The translations under genes and the position numbers were made by a program. DNA of 64,000 bases, from the NCBI GenBank assembly GCA_001179505.1, contig CDMY01000316.1, positions 1 through 64,000 on the forward strand, in the 5' to 3' direction. Below are positions 22,118-34,648 of the stretch, piece by piece. Each line of letters opens with the position of its first letter. Within the stretch, counting starts at the first letter, position 1. The stretch comes from Vitrella brassicaformis CCMP3155 (taxonomy: Eukaryota; Protista; Chromerida). Under the pieces are notes generated by a model, which was not told the origin of the DNA, ran no database searches, and was given only the letters and a program-made list of their open reading frames with translations.

Positions 22118-25100
22118 ATGCGGCGACTGGTACTGTTGCTCTTATCGCTCTCTACATGCCGTCTCTCCCTGTCCGAGACGGCCCTGTCCGACCATCTCGC
22201 CACCATCGCCGGCGTGCAGCCCGCATCAGACTGCCCCAGCCCCACCACATGGTTCCCAAGACCACCCAGGCCACCCGCATCCCCGCCCACACAGAAACGT
22301 ACTGCAAAAGAACCTGAGGCGAACGGCGAGTGGATACCAATCGGCCGTTCCAATGCGACAGCGACAGAGACACCTGCTGCTGCAGCGGAAGAGTCTGACG
22401 AGACTCAGTGGGCGGCGGGGAAGGAGGAGCTGGTGGAGCGGCTGCTGGTGGAGGCCATGAACGAGCTCACCCTGATCAAGACCGCGGACGAGGGGCGGGC
22501 AGGGAGGGCCGCACGCATATCGAGGGAGAGCTACTCTATCGTTGACGTCAAGCACTGCAACAAGGGGCGGGAAGTTGCGCTGACGGACAAGGACAAGAAG
22601 CGACTCAAGAAGATCGGCGAGGTGGCCGTGGCAACCGACAACGGCCTCCAAATCGCACTGAGCAAAAGCGGGTTCGGGAAGTCCACCGATGCTGCCGGCG
22701 GTGCGTCCATGGCCCCCCTGCTCTACCTCCACTTCCGGGAGATCAGGGTGTTCACGCAGACGACCAAGCGAGGGCCACTACACTCCAGGACCGTCTTTCG
22801 CTACGACAGGGACAAATCGCACCCAACTGTGGCTGACCTGGGTGTCAATGTTGTCGACCAGGAGAGGGCCATCAGCACCACGTCGACACTCGTCCAAGAC
22901 GCCGTCAAGCAACTGCGGGTGTACTTCCAAAGCCTCGCCTGCGCCTCGTGCCCAAACACGGTCTTCAGTATCGATGACGACGACATCTTCGCCGCTTTTG
23001 CGCGGATGATTCCCGGCGGATTTCGAGTTCGCCTTGACTTTCAGCTGAGAGGCAAGGGAAGCGGCTGCAAAGGGGCGGACGGGGAGGACAAGACGGCGTC
23101 TTACCATCGCGTGTGGGTGGAGATGACCCATAATGACAATGACAAGGGCGAGGCTAACAAGAGAGAGGCCGTGTTTGACTTCGGATGGGAGTGCGGTGAG
23201 GGAGGGGTGTGTCGTGTGATGGAGGGGAAGCAGACCATCGCGAAATTCAAGACACAGGCCACAGACCCGCAGAAACGAGCGGTTAGTCGACGCCATCACT
23301 TTCACGAACACACATATGAGCAACAGGCGCGCGCGTGTCTCTCTGCTTACCTGCAGGGTGAGTTCTTCTGCCAGCCTGTTGTCCCCCACACAAATGGCGT
23401 GTGTCGGCACCTGTACCCCCACCAGAGTCCCAAAGACTTCTACCGGACCACCAACGCAGATATGGGCTCGTTCATCGACCTCGCCGCCGGCATCAAGGAA
23501 AGCCTCTCAAGCGGTGTGGAGAGGGTGTCTCCCACCGACGCCCGCTTCTGCGCCTATGACGCCGACATACCGTTGGAATTCGGTTCTTTTTGACGCTTGG
23601 CGTCTCCATTGCTTGGAGGTCTCTCTGTGGTTGTCTTCTGTTGTGTGTGTGTGTGTAGATCCGCGAGAGGACGAAAAGGTCAAAACGTGTTTCCCAGACA
23701 ACATCGTCAAGAACCAGGGCACATGTGAGGCCTTCTTCTGGTCTCCATTGGCAAGCCAGGCACAGCCCCCCCGTGTTGTCTGCTTGTGCAGGCGGCAGCT
23801 GCTGGGCCTTCGCTTCTAGCTTCTCATACGCAGGTACGTCAATGGCCACCTGACATACAGACTTCCCACTTTGTCTCTCGTGTCCACGCACAGATCGGCA
23901 GTGCCTGCATGAACTCCGATCTGGCGTGGAGCCCTCCGTGATGTTCGACGGCAACCGGCACACCTTCTCCCCCCAGGATCTCATCTCCTGCGTCCCGGGC
24001 AGCGGATGCAACAGCGGCGTGCCCGCAGCAGCATTCACATACTACTAAGAGAAGGGAGCCACACTGTGAGAGAGAGAGAGAGAGAGAGGGATTTCGTACA
24101 CACAAACAATGGTGTCTCTCTCTCCCCTTTTCAGCGACACAGAGGTGCCGTATGTGTCGATGTGCCGCTTCACAGACGCCGGGGCCGGTACAGTGAATGA
24201 GGAGGCATGCAAAGGGGTGGACATGGAGGAGGCAAAAGCCACGTCTCACGGACCAAATGTGGAGCCGCCGTGTGATGCGACCATCCATCGTCCGTGGCGG
24301 CCGCTGGAGTGGGAGAAGGTGCCGCTGGGGCGGAGGCAGAAGGGGCACAAGTCGTCTGTGTTCGTCATGCCTGACACCACCATGTGGGACAGAGGCCTCA
24401 ACCGGACCCTCGCACATGAGGAAGTCGTCAAGTGCATGCAGGTGAGGTGACTGACGCGGGCGACATCCGTGCGTGGATGAATGGTCTTTTCTCTCTTGTC
24501 AAATGCAGCTCCAGATATACCAGCACGGGCCGCTGGTGGGGACCTTCAACGTGTATGCTGACTTTGCCCTCTATCTGAATGTCGACATCAAGAATCAGCA
24601 GCCTGACAAACCTGCTGTCTACCAATGGGACAAGTCAGTATACAAGAAAGGCATGGCCTGCCTGTCCGATCTCAGCGCTCACGCCACGTTGTCTTTCTGG
24701 TGGATGTGTTGAAGGAAGAGCCCCATCATGGGCGGCCACGCGGTGGTAATCATAGGCTGGGGGGGCGGGGGGAGCACCGGCGTGGAACCATACTGGCTCA
24801 TCCGCAACTCGTAACAATGCCACAAGAGGGATTGCCAAGCCACCAACACCCACCCACCCACCAGTGATCAACCCCCCGTGTCCTTTCCCCATTAGGTATG
24901 ATCTGGAATGGGGTGACAAGGGCCATTTCAGGGTGCGTCGCGGCGCAAACGAGGCTGGCATAGAGGAGGGCACCACCTACATCTACCCCGACAAGCTCAC
25001 CCTGCCGAAGGACAAGACCATCAGGGACATGCTCGCCCATCGCATTCCGATGCCCGAGACGCTGCGTCTCGAGTGGGACAGGGCGTTTGAGTTTGTGGAG

Positions 25101-28100
25101 GGCCACAAGAAGAAGGGCTGCGACATCGCCCTCATGGCGCGAGTTAGGCGCAGCTACAACTGTGTGCCCATCACGGGAAAGACAAGGACGGGCACCTCCT
25201 CGCCAACAAGGGTGCGAGAGCGAGCAAGCAACCAACCAACCAACACATGTCTCATATGTGGATCCTTCCCGCTCAGATTTTGTTGCCTCATTCGTTCACG
25301 TCATCGGTCGAGCCGACATGGGAGGCCAGCAAGCGGACGTCTATCCTTGATCTCGTCTTTTGCCATGCGGACATCCATCAGATCGTGGCTGGTGACCCCG
25401 TCCAGGAGCTCATGCTCTTCGTCCGCGTCACCATACCAGAGTGGCAGGACGACGTACGCACATGCACATGCACCCAAAAGGAAAGAGGATGCGAGACCAC
25501 AAGCTGTGCCATATATGCAGGTGAAAGCCAAGACATGGACGGCCAACTGGACCTTCACAGCACCCGACTTCGACCGCCTTAAGGCGACAATCGGCGAGAC
25601 ACAGCGAGCAGCTTGCGAGAATGCCCTCGGAAAGCTTATGGGCTCCCCCGACAAGGACACCCAAACCATCTTCGCCTCAGCCCCGAACCGTGTCGTCTGC
25701 AAGAAGTGGGCACAGATCATATTTCATCGGGAAATCATGAAGTACGTCAAGAGCAATAAAGGAGGGGAGGTGGATTTCGCGGCAGTAGCAGCGAGACTCG
25801 ATCGGCTGAACCACGTGTTTGAGCTGGACATGGAGAAGGGTATCACTGACGAGAAGGTTGATGTATTTTACGAGCCGCCGCTGCACTACGCTGCCCGTCA
25901 CGGCAAGGTGCCCCTGATCAAGTGGATTGTGACGACCGCATCGGCCAACTTTGCCCGGGCGGACAAGTGAGACAGACAACAGACAGAGACAAGCTTCTCT
26001 CTCTGTGTGTGTCTCCCGCTGCAAGGGATTTTGCCGAGAAGGTGAGGACAAAGGTGGTGAATCGACGGTCACAAATTCAGTGGACGCCACTGATGCGGGC
26101 GGCTCTCAACGGACACCTGGACGGTCGGCAAGAAATCGTTCTTGCTCACGTGCTCCTCGTCTAGGTGCTTTTGTCCTCTCTCCGTTCCCTACAGCCTGCA
26201 AAGAACTGGTGTCTCTCGGAGCGGACCCACTTGTCGATGACGGCAATCTAATCAAAGGGATTTCGGGCCGGGACGTCGCCTACCACAACACATTCTCATT
26301 GGCCGCCCGCGGGGGCAATGTCGCCGTGCTGCAATATCTGGTAGAGGAGGGCATCAAGTTCTGCAAAGAGACCTGCACCACCTTCACGGCCGACCACATG
26401 TACTGGGCCGTCGTGGAGGGCGCCATTCGTGGCAGGGCTGAGGTGGTGGGGTATCTGCTAGGCGGCAAGACGGGCATCGCTGAGTGGGAGAGGGAGAAGG
26501 GCAAGTACATCAAGATGAACGACCGGAGCTAGTATGACAAAGCTGCTTTGGGCAGTGACCTTCGCTACGCACCCAGGACCCCACTCATGTGAGCCAACCA
26601 ACAAGAGACAGGACACAGGGGGGGCATGTGGCGCCAATTCATCCCGTCTTCTCTAGGTATGCGATCCAGGGTGGCAGTGTGGAGGTAGTGCGGCTGCTGC
26701 TGGACCAAGGAGCCGACATTGACGACTACATCCCACCATGCTACCTCCCAAACGGCCCTGACAGTGTCGTCTATTGCAGACAGAATTCGCTCCACATAGC
26801 GGCCGAGTTTGGTCACGGAGACATGATGCGATTGCTGACATCGCACTTGGCCAACGCCGACTACGTCAAGGCCAGACTGAGGTGAGTGAGCATCAACCAT
26901 GCACTCACAGCAATCTTGCTGCACCTAAGTGTTTGATCCATGGCATGAATGGTGCAGTGAGACGCGGCCAGAGTGGCGACTCGACCAGATCAAGCATTGC
27001 CTCATGCGGGGCATTCCCACAGCCTTCCTCAATATCACCTCACCCGGCAGCAGCCCTCCGCATTCGTTCCTCCAGCACAGCCACCACACCAGGCGGACAG
27101 AGCAGGAGTACATCCAGAGCCTCTTCGACCAGCGGCAGTTTGTCATGCTGACCAGCCCCATGCTGCGGGCCGCTGACAATGACGACCCCGACGTGCTGGC
27201 GGCGATGCTGGAGCTCCTTGCTACCAAGAAGATCGACGTGCAGTCTCGCCTGCTGTGGCAGGATGCTCTCACCGCGGTGGGTGACTGAGAGGCAGAAACC
27301 ATAGAGACCACAGACACAGACACAGACACAGACACACACAAAGTCACTCGAGCCCTTTTGTGCTCTTCATTCATGTGCAGACGGTCTTCCACAAGGCCTC
27401 TTCCGACCGCAGCGGCAAGATGATGCGGACGCTCCTGAGCTACGACAAGGGCGACCTTCCCGAGGAAATGTTACGTCAGCTTGACAAGGAGACACACGCC
27501 TTCACGGTCTTGACCAAGGCGATCGACCAGGACAACAGCGCTGTGGTCCAAGCCTTGTTTGAGAGCGACTACGGTCCAGGCGGGAGGAAGTTCATCCACG
27601 CGAATATGGACGTCAACCAGCCATTGGAGGTGACGACCGACGCACACAGAGACATGGACACACAGATAGATCCATACACACATGGCTGTCTGGTTTGTTT
27701 AACAGGAGCTGGGGCCTCAGATGCTGCAGATGCCTGTGAATGTCTTCTCCAACCGTCTCCTGGCAGTGCTGGGCTACATTGGAAGCGAGAGCATCCTCGA
27801 GTACCTCGCCAAATCTGGTCAGCCAGTGAGTGACATCTATATTCTCATCTGTCGGTCTGTGTGTGTGTACTCCCACATGTGATTGGCAGGTCACCTGTGG
27901 GAAGCCGACACCCACTCCTTCCTGGAGGCTCTCCGCGTGACCTTCGCCGTGTCGATGAAGCCAGACGAGTGGTGCAATCCAGAGGTCTTCACCCACCACA
28001 GAGACGACGACAAGTGCCACTGCCATGAGAAGCAAAGTTGCGGCAACACGGGCAACAAGACAGAGACAGAGGCAGCAAAAGCCAAAGAGCCACAGACCCT

Positions 28101-30337
28101 CTACGGCACCCACATAGAGCTCGCCAGCGAGAAGAATATTGCTGGTGGATCGACACCGAGTGGCGTGTGGAGCACGGACGAGGAGGGCTGGGGAGGAACG
28201 GCTCACTGGGTCCACCTGCTGGCCAGCGACGGGAGCGGCCAGCTGAGGCAGCGACCCAAGGTGATGCTGCGGCTGCTGTGGATATTCGTGCAAGCCCTCG
28301 ACACCAACCGAATCGAGGTGCGTGCAGCGATGCACAACAATATAGAGACAGACAGCACCCTGTTTGCTTGTGTGGCGGAGTGCAGGTGGCCAAGCAGGTG
28401 GTCCGTGTGTTGGCGCCGCTCTCATCCTCACCGGCGGATCAGCACTTCACAGTCCGGGAGTTTGGTGACAAGGCTGGTGCGAGGGACCAGCCGGTGTTCA
28501 CGCCGTTCCCCTACCTGCTCGTCCACATATCGATGCACTGCCTTGATAAGCCTGACGAGGTCCTCAAACTCGTCGAAGTCATGAAACTCTACCTCAACAA
28601 GGTAGGTCCTTCCTGTCTGTCCGTCGGCTGCTGGATACATGGCCATTGTTCACTGTCTCTCTCTGTTTGGATGCAGGCCGACAGCATCGAGACACAGCAG
28701 ACGTGGATCACCATGGACGCCTTCACGGCCGATGACACCACCACCAAAGGCGCTCAGGGCATGGATCCCATGCTGACGGCCATCGGAGGCTCCTGTCCCG
28801 TGTTGGTGCACACCTTCCTCACCTGGCTTGACGAGCACAGCAGCCGGCCGTCAGTGCAGGCGTATGTGAAGCACCTGAGGGGCATCAGGGAGGACATTGA
28901 GAAGATGCCCACGGAGCAGGAGGGCTTGAAGGCCCAGGTGCTCGCATTCCTTAAGGACTTTGCCCCATCAGCAGGGTACGCTCAGTCAGCAGGAGACATG
29001 CCTTCATGCATATTCCCATGCCTTTTGTGTGCGTGTGGCAGAGCGCCGTGTGTGGCCAAGAGGGAGAGGGAGCAGGAGGAGCACGAGCAGCAGCAGCGTG
29101 ACTCGGCCAAGTTCCTCAGGCGGCTGGGCAAGGTCGGCGGCAAGATGGTGCTCATCCACAGGACCCTCCTGAACAAGGAGAGGGAGGAGAGCGGACTTGA
29201 TGACACAGAGCGGCCTGACTTCATCCACGGCAGGGTGCGTGAGCCAACAGAAATGGTTGACCAACTCCTTGTTTATTTGCCGTGCCTCTCTCCCATTCCA
29301 CTTGTGCAGTTGTTCATATACCTGCTCGACTACCTCTTCAAAGGCTTCCCGTCCAAGACCTACAATGCCATCCTGCCAATGAGCCAAAGATCAATAATAA
29401 AGGTAACCAGACTTACACACTTACACACCTACCCACCACCAAGCTTCCTTCGTTCGTTCTGTGCCAGTCGTGCCACTTCCCTTCGCAAGAGAAAGCCTTC
29501 TATGATTTCGTCCTATGGCGCCCCGGTGCGCCATCGGCCATGACCGCCGCTGAGCTGCGCGAGTGGGTGGAGAAGGAGGGCATCGCCGTACAGACCACTT
29601 GCGTACTCGGCAGCCAGCCGGCGGAGCTGTGGATCACTGCAATGGGTGGGGAACAGGGTGACGTGTCTACCTGTTCGTATGTCATGGATATTTATCTTTG
29701 TGTGTCTGGCGTGCAGGAAACATCCAAGCTACGTTGAATCTGGAGGAGTTCTCGCGGGCCAACCTGCTCAAGCTGCTGCTCAGCTTCCAGCTGCCCAAGC
29801 ATAAGAAACCAGAGGCACAGGAGACGTCGGGTGAACTGGTGCTGCCGCCACCCGTCAGCACCGCACCAACAGTGTCTCGACGCGTGAAGCCCGCTGAGAC
29901 ACCGACCACCGCAGAGGAGAAGCAGTGTCACGAGCCTCCAAGGATCGATGCCGCCACTGTGGTTGCCCAGGTACGTGAAAAGAGGCATAGACAGGGACAA
30001 CAGAGCAAAAGAGAGAGGGCTTCGGTACGTTTGTGTGTCTCGGTTTGTCATGCAGCGCGTGACGGACCTTTTGAAGGACACTGAGGACGAGACAGACCTG
30101 CCACCACCGGCAATGGCTCCATCTGTGAGTAGAAGGGTGACTGAGCCCTTGCCTGCTGCGGTGGAGGATGAAATGGAGGCTGAAGACGATATGGAGCCCG
30201 CAGGCAAGCCTCGACAAGAGAGTGGGTGTATTCCCCCGTCCATTGGCTGTGTGTGTGTGTGTATGTGTACTGTGTTGTGTATTTCAGCCCCTGCTGTGGA
30301 GTTGAAGCTGAGCACTGCGGATGAGTTGATCAAGTGA
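22118..30337 (+). CDS. Secreted cathepsin-B-like papain (C1A) protease fused to ankyrin repeats and a long C-terminal region; about 25 exons, two in-frame stops (possible pseudogene)
   Basis: Signal peptide MRRLVLLLLSLSTC. Catalytic motifs NQGTCGSCWAF, SPQDLISC..GCNSG, HGP, GGHAVVIIGWG, YWLIRNSY and WGDKGHF. ANK repeats PPLHYAARHG, TPLMRAALNGH, TPLMYAIQGGSVEVVRLLLDQGAD and NSLHIAAEFGH. All splice phases compatible. TAA at 24046 and TAG at 26530 lie in frame. Confidence 0.8.
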
Positions 30338-30934
30338 TGGTCGTGGTGTGTGTGGGGCCAGAGATGTGATTGGATGGTGTGTAGGTTCCATGTATGGCGA
30401 GACATGCCATGTACGTGGAGTGGGACTGTCGAGGTATTCATTTGTGCAGACACATGTGGTCGTGTCCCTTTCTGTCCGTCGATATCAGAGCCCATCCACC
30501 TGTTGACCCATCCATCCATCCAGCCAGCCAGCCAGCCATGCGACAAGACACCAGTCAGGCAGCCAGGCGACCCCGAGCAGACAGACACCAGACACACATC
30601 AATTCTCTACAGCAGACACGGCCACACTCATTCGCACGAGCAAACAGACAGCCAGCCGCGTAGACCTTTCTCTCTGTACACAGACAGGCATCATCAAAAT
30701 GCTCAAAGACAACCCGCGACCGGCCGACCATTGACAAAGAGAGAGGGCTATATAATATATAGACATCGAAATGTATGCATGAGTGTGAAAGAAAAGACCA
30801 CTGAATAAACAACACAGACAGACATGTCGTCCAGGCAGCCATGCATCAGGTGTGTGTGGATTTCGCTGTTGATTGATAGGCTGGTTGCTAGTGGCTCTAT
30901 CAGTGACGGCCCTCTGCAAGGTGAGGGCTCCTCG

Positions 30935-33934
30935 TCACTCGGCAGGGGTGCCATACACTCGCAGTCGGTATAGGCACACGAAGTCGCTGCCGTGATTCGA
31001 CGCCACCTGCAGCGTCACCCTGACGACACACACACACACGCAGATGCACACACAGAGTGGTTGCAGGGAGGCCGTCTGGTCTGACTGACCTGTCGACAGG
31101 CCCCTGTCCGTCCATTCCGCCCATCTGCACCACCGGCGACTTGCTCACAGCCGCCGGGTGGTCCAACACAAACGCCCCCCAGTCCAGCCAGTGGTCCTGC
31201 CGCAGCTGCTGCCCACACCGCTTGACGCCCTTGCGGATGCGGCACTCGCCCGGTGGCCCTCCTGACGCTGGGAGTAGTGCTGATGGTGCTGTGGTAATGT
31301 TGGGCAAAGTGCTGTGGGCGCCGTGTGTGGTTGTCGCAGCTGGGGCGGCCTGCGGCTGGTTGGCAGGGTGGCCAAAGAGGTGCATCTGTTTGGGGGCGGA
31401 CTGGACGTCGGTGGCGTTTGTCTGCAGAGAGGAGACGTGGTGGTACGAGACAGAAGACACCCAGATCTGACACAGACACACAAACCACACATGAGCACCA
31501 TCTGGCCACCCCCCCACGCCCCTCTCTCTCTCTCAGTTAGCTCACTGGTAGAGCGAATTTGACAGTGACATTTGCCGGCAGCCTCTCGTGGTAGAAGGGG
31601 AAGCAGGAGCCAGGGGCGATCTCGTGTCTAGGGTCCAGCATCAGGGCGGCGCGGCTCTGCGTCTCGACCGCATCGACCTCCATGTGCTGGTGCATGAGCT
31701 GCGCCGCCACGTCTTTGAAGGCCGAGAGGTTGAACGACGCAATGGTGCGTGCGAGGGCGGTCCGGGGGAGCAGAGGGGGGCGGCTGTCGGAATACACGTC
31801 AGGAACAGTCCGCTCATGGTCAATACGTGCACCTGCGACAACGGCATGCTCAGTCAGGCAATGCGTCCCTCGCCCACCTTCGTCTCTCACCTAGGTAGAG
31901 AGATGCCCAGTTGGTGGGTCTTTCGATTCCGCCCGCCATGACCTCCACGACCTTGTCCTTGATGTAGCCCTCGAGCTTGTCTGCCTCGGGCACCACTGCC
32001 GACCGGAGCACCTCCTGCACACTCACAACGCCATCAAGCTGGCTCCGAAGCGCATCAATCGACGCCCTCAGCTCCACAAGGGCAGACTCGGTCGACTGGA
32101 CACAAACATGGGGGGGAGGGAGGGAAGGAGGGAGGGAGGGACGCAGGGAGAGGAAAGTGGTCCATGTGTGGTTGTGTGTGGGTGTGGTTGTGACGGGGGA
32201 CATACATTATCGCGGCGGTTGGTGTGCTCAGTCTGCTGCTGTAGTTGCTTCTGCAGTGCCTCCGCGTGCGCCTTGACCGCATTGTACTTGCCCTCCAACT
32301 CAGCGAGACGGGCAGGTTGCGCCGACGCCAGATCTGATCGACATCAAAATGCAGAGGAGACCACGGCACGTCCATCCGTCCTCATCGTGGGTCACCTTGC
32401 AGAGCGGTGAGGGTTTCCTGTGTGTCAGCTGTGGACTGCTGCAGCCGCCCGATGGCCACATTGGCGTCGGCGATGTCGCGCTTGGCCGTGGAAGTCACCG
32501 ACGACACCTCTGCGGAAAAAGGATGATTCAATGGCTGCTCGGCTGTGACGCATGCGCGTTCGTGTGTACCCTGCTGCAGCATTGCTAATGAGTCGTTGAT
32601 GTGGCCGACACGGCCGTCCATCGCTCCAACCTGCATGCAGTCACGTCCGTGCATGTGTGTGTGTGCTGTGTATTTGGCGTGCAGTGCATCCTTTTACCTG
32701 TAGCTTCAGCGCGTCGGTCTCGTTGGTTTGGACGCCGATGAACGAACTCAACTTGCTGTCCAACAGCGCATACTGATCAATCAAACAAACAAACGAAACG
32801 TCAAAAGGGAAGGTGACTGCACGCCAGCAGTGCACCCATCCACCTGTTGGTCATTCCGCTGGCTAATGCTCTCCATCTTGCTCAACAGCTCATCTTTGGC
32901 ACCCGTCTGACCCTTCTAAGCCACACACACACACACAGAGAACACAGAGAGGGACCGAATGCAATCACATAGCCTCCCTCCCCTCTCCCCATTGCCTACT
33001 ACCTTTACGTCGGTGATGTCCTTCTGCATGGCCTGCATGCCCCTGGCCATGGCCTGCACCTCACTGTGGGTCGCGTTTAGGTCCACTGGGGTGCCGGGGG
33101 CGGCCGGGGAGGCCGGGATGGTCTTGGTCTGCACCCATACCGAGAACATGAGGCCGAACAGCACCACCAGCAGCACCAGGCCAGCCAGGAACGCGAGAGC
33201 AGCTGCAACCAACACGCAACCAACACCACAGCCATCCATCCATCCATCCATCCATATGTGTCTGTCTGTACCTCTGACCCACCTCACCTCCAGGGCCTAT
33301 GTTATAGCCGCCGAGGATGTCCATCACCCAGTCGCCCGTCAGCCACTCCCAATCCTGACTCTCACCCTCACCCGCCAGCCCCTCCTCACCCTCCTCAACA
33401 ACCTCGTCATCGTCAGCACCAGCCGCGGCAGCCGCAGCAGCAGCTGACCCCCGACCGTAGCTCGACTTGCGCGTGCCTCCGGTCTTGCGGCTGGGCGAGC
33501 GGCGCAGACGACCGGTGCCCTTGTCACCCTCACCGCTCTCCTCGGGCACGGGAGTGTCCTGAACCATCAACCACCACACACACACACACACACCACGCAC
33601 ACACACCAATGCATGCAGCAGGGCAGGCTGTCATGCGTTGGTCATTCTGCATGCATCACCTGGAGTCTCATGTCCAGACCCCCTCCCACGTCGCGCCCAG
33701 GGGTGCGGGGATTGCGGCCGCGACGACGGCTGATCACAGCGCCACAGTCACAGAGAGAGGAAGAGCAGCATCTGACGTGTGGATGTACGGGTGTCAGATG
33801 GCGAGTGCTTACGTGTGCACACGTTCGGCGATGGACTCTCCTCCAGTCGAGTTGTCATCGTCATCTTTGTCGTCATGTCTGTTGCCGAGGTCGCGGAGAG
33901 GGTGGCGGCGACGGGCAGCGACCGCTGCTGCCAT
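30935..33934 (-). CDS. SUN-domain (Sad1/UNC-84) inner nuclear membrane protein
   Basis: Basic/acidic N-terminus, TM AAALAFLAGLVLLVVLFGLMFSVWV and coiled coil. SUN motifs NWASLYLGARID, EIAPGSCFPF, SAPKQMHLFG and VASNHGSDFVCLYRLRVYG. Confidence 0.92.
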
Positions 33935-34261
33935 TGGTGGTCAGCTCAACCAACGTCACCTGATGCCATGGGATGGATGGCCATGCACATGGCAATTGGC
34001 ACATGGCAAACGCACAGAACGGACAAGACGCTCAGTATTTCCATTGATGCTTGTGCATTCACGTCGGCCTGACTGCGTCGTGAATGCTCCTTACTCAGAG
34101 GTCCTCGTTCGTGTGGGATGCCGAATGCCGTCAGCACAGGCGTGACACTGACGGGCAATGACGGGAATCAGCAAAAGCACCTACCGCAATCACAGCGGTG
34201 GCTCCGCAACAGACGGCATCATGCTTAATCAAGGTGGAAATGAGAAAGGCCCAAACTCAGA

Positions 34262-34648
34262 AGAGCTCGCATGTCCGATCGGTGTGAAGGTTGCCAAGGA
34301 TGGATATCTGTGACGTCTGAGCGTCGCTGGTGGACGAGCAGGGCATACTCTTGCACCCCATCGACAGCAAAGAGATGCCTTCGTTCATCGGCGGCAGCTG
34401 TGGGGCCATAGCTGTTGAAGGGCCGTTCTGATGGCCGAACGACACTGCCCAAGCAGAGAGGAGGTGAAGCAGACTGAGAGGGGAATGAAACACCCACAAG
34501 GGCGGCCGCACCCGAACAAGTTGTGCGCTCTCTTTGTTTATTGATCATGATTTCAGGAGCGTGTAGATGGCATGTTGGTTGGTGACGGTGATGGCACTGA
34601 AGACCCACCGCAGCAAAATGGACAGCAGGTGCGCGTGTGATGCACTCA
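34262..34648 (+). repeat. Dispersed 5' cassette, copy 1 (upstream region, exon 1, intron, exon 2)
   Basis: Closely similar to 39570-39917, e.g. ggatggatatctgtgacgtYtgagcgtcgctggtggacgagcagggcatactcttgcaccccatcgacagcaaagagatgccttcgt. Confidence 0.9.

Noticed and set aside
24046-26532. Genome-wide TAA/TAG-to-Gln reassignment (ciliate-type code)
   Set aside because: I saw no in-frame TAR in the conserved exons I translated from VPS33, Rab1A, SUN or OSBP, and several genes appear to terminate at TAA/TAG (4043, 4701, 20776, 49307, 56467).
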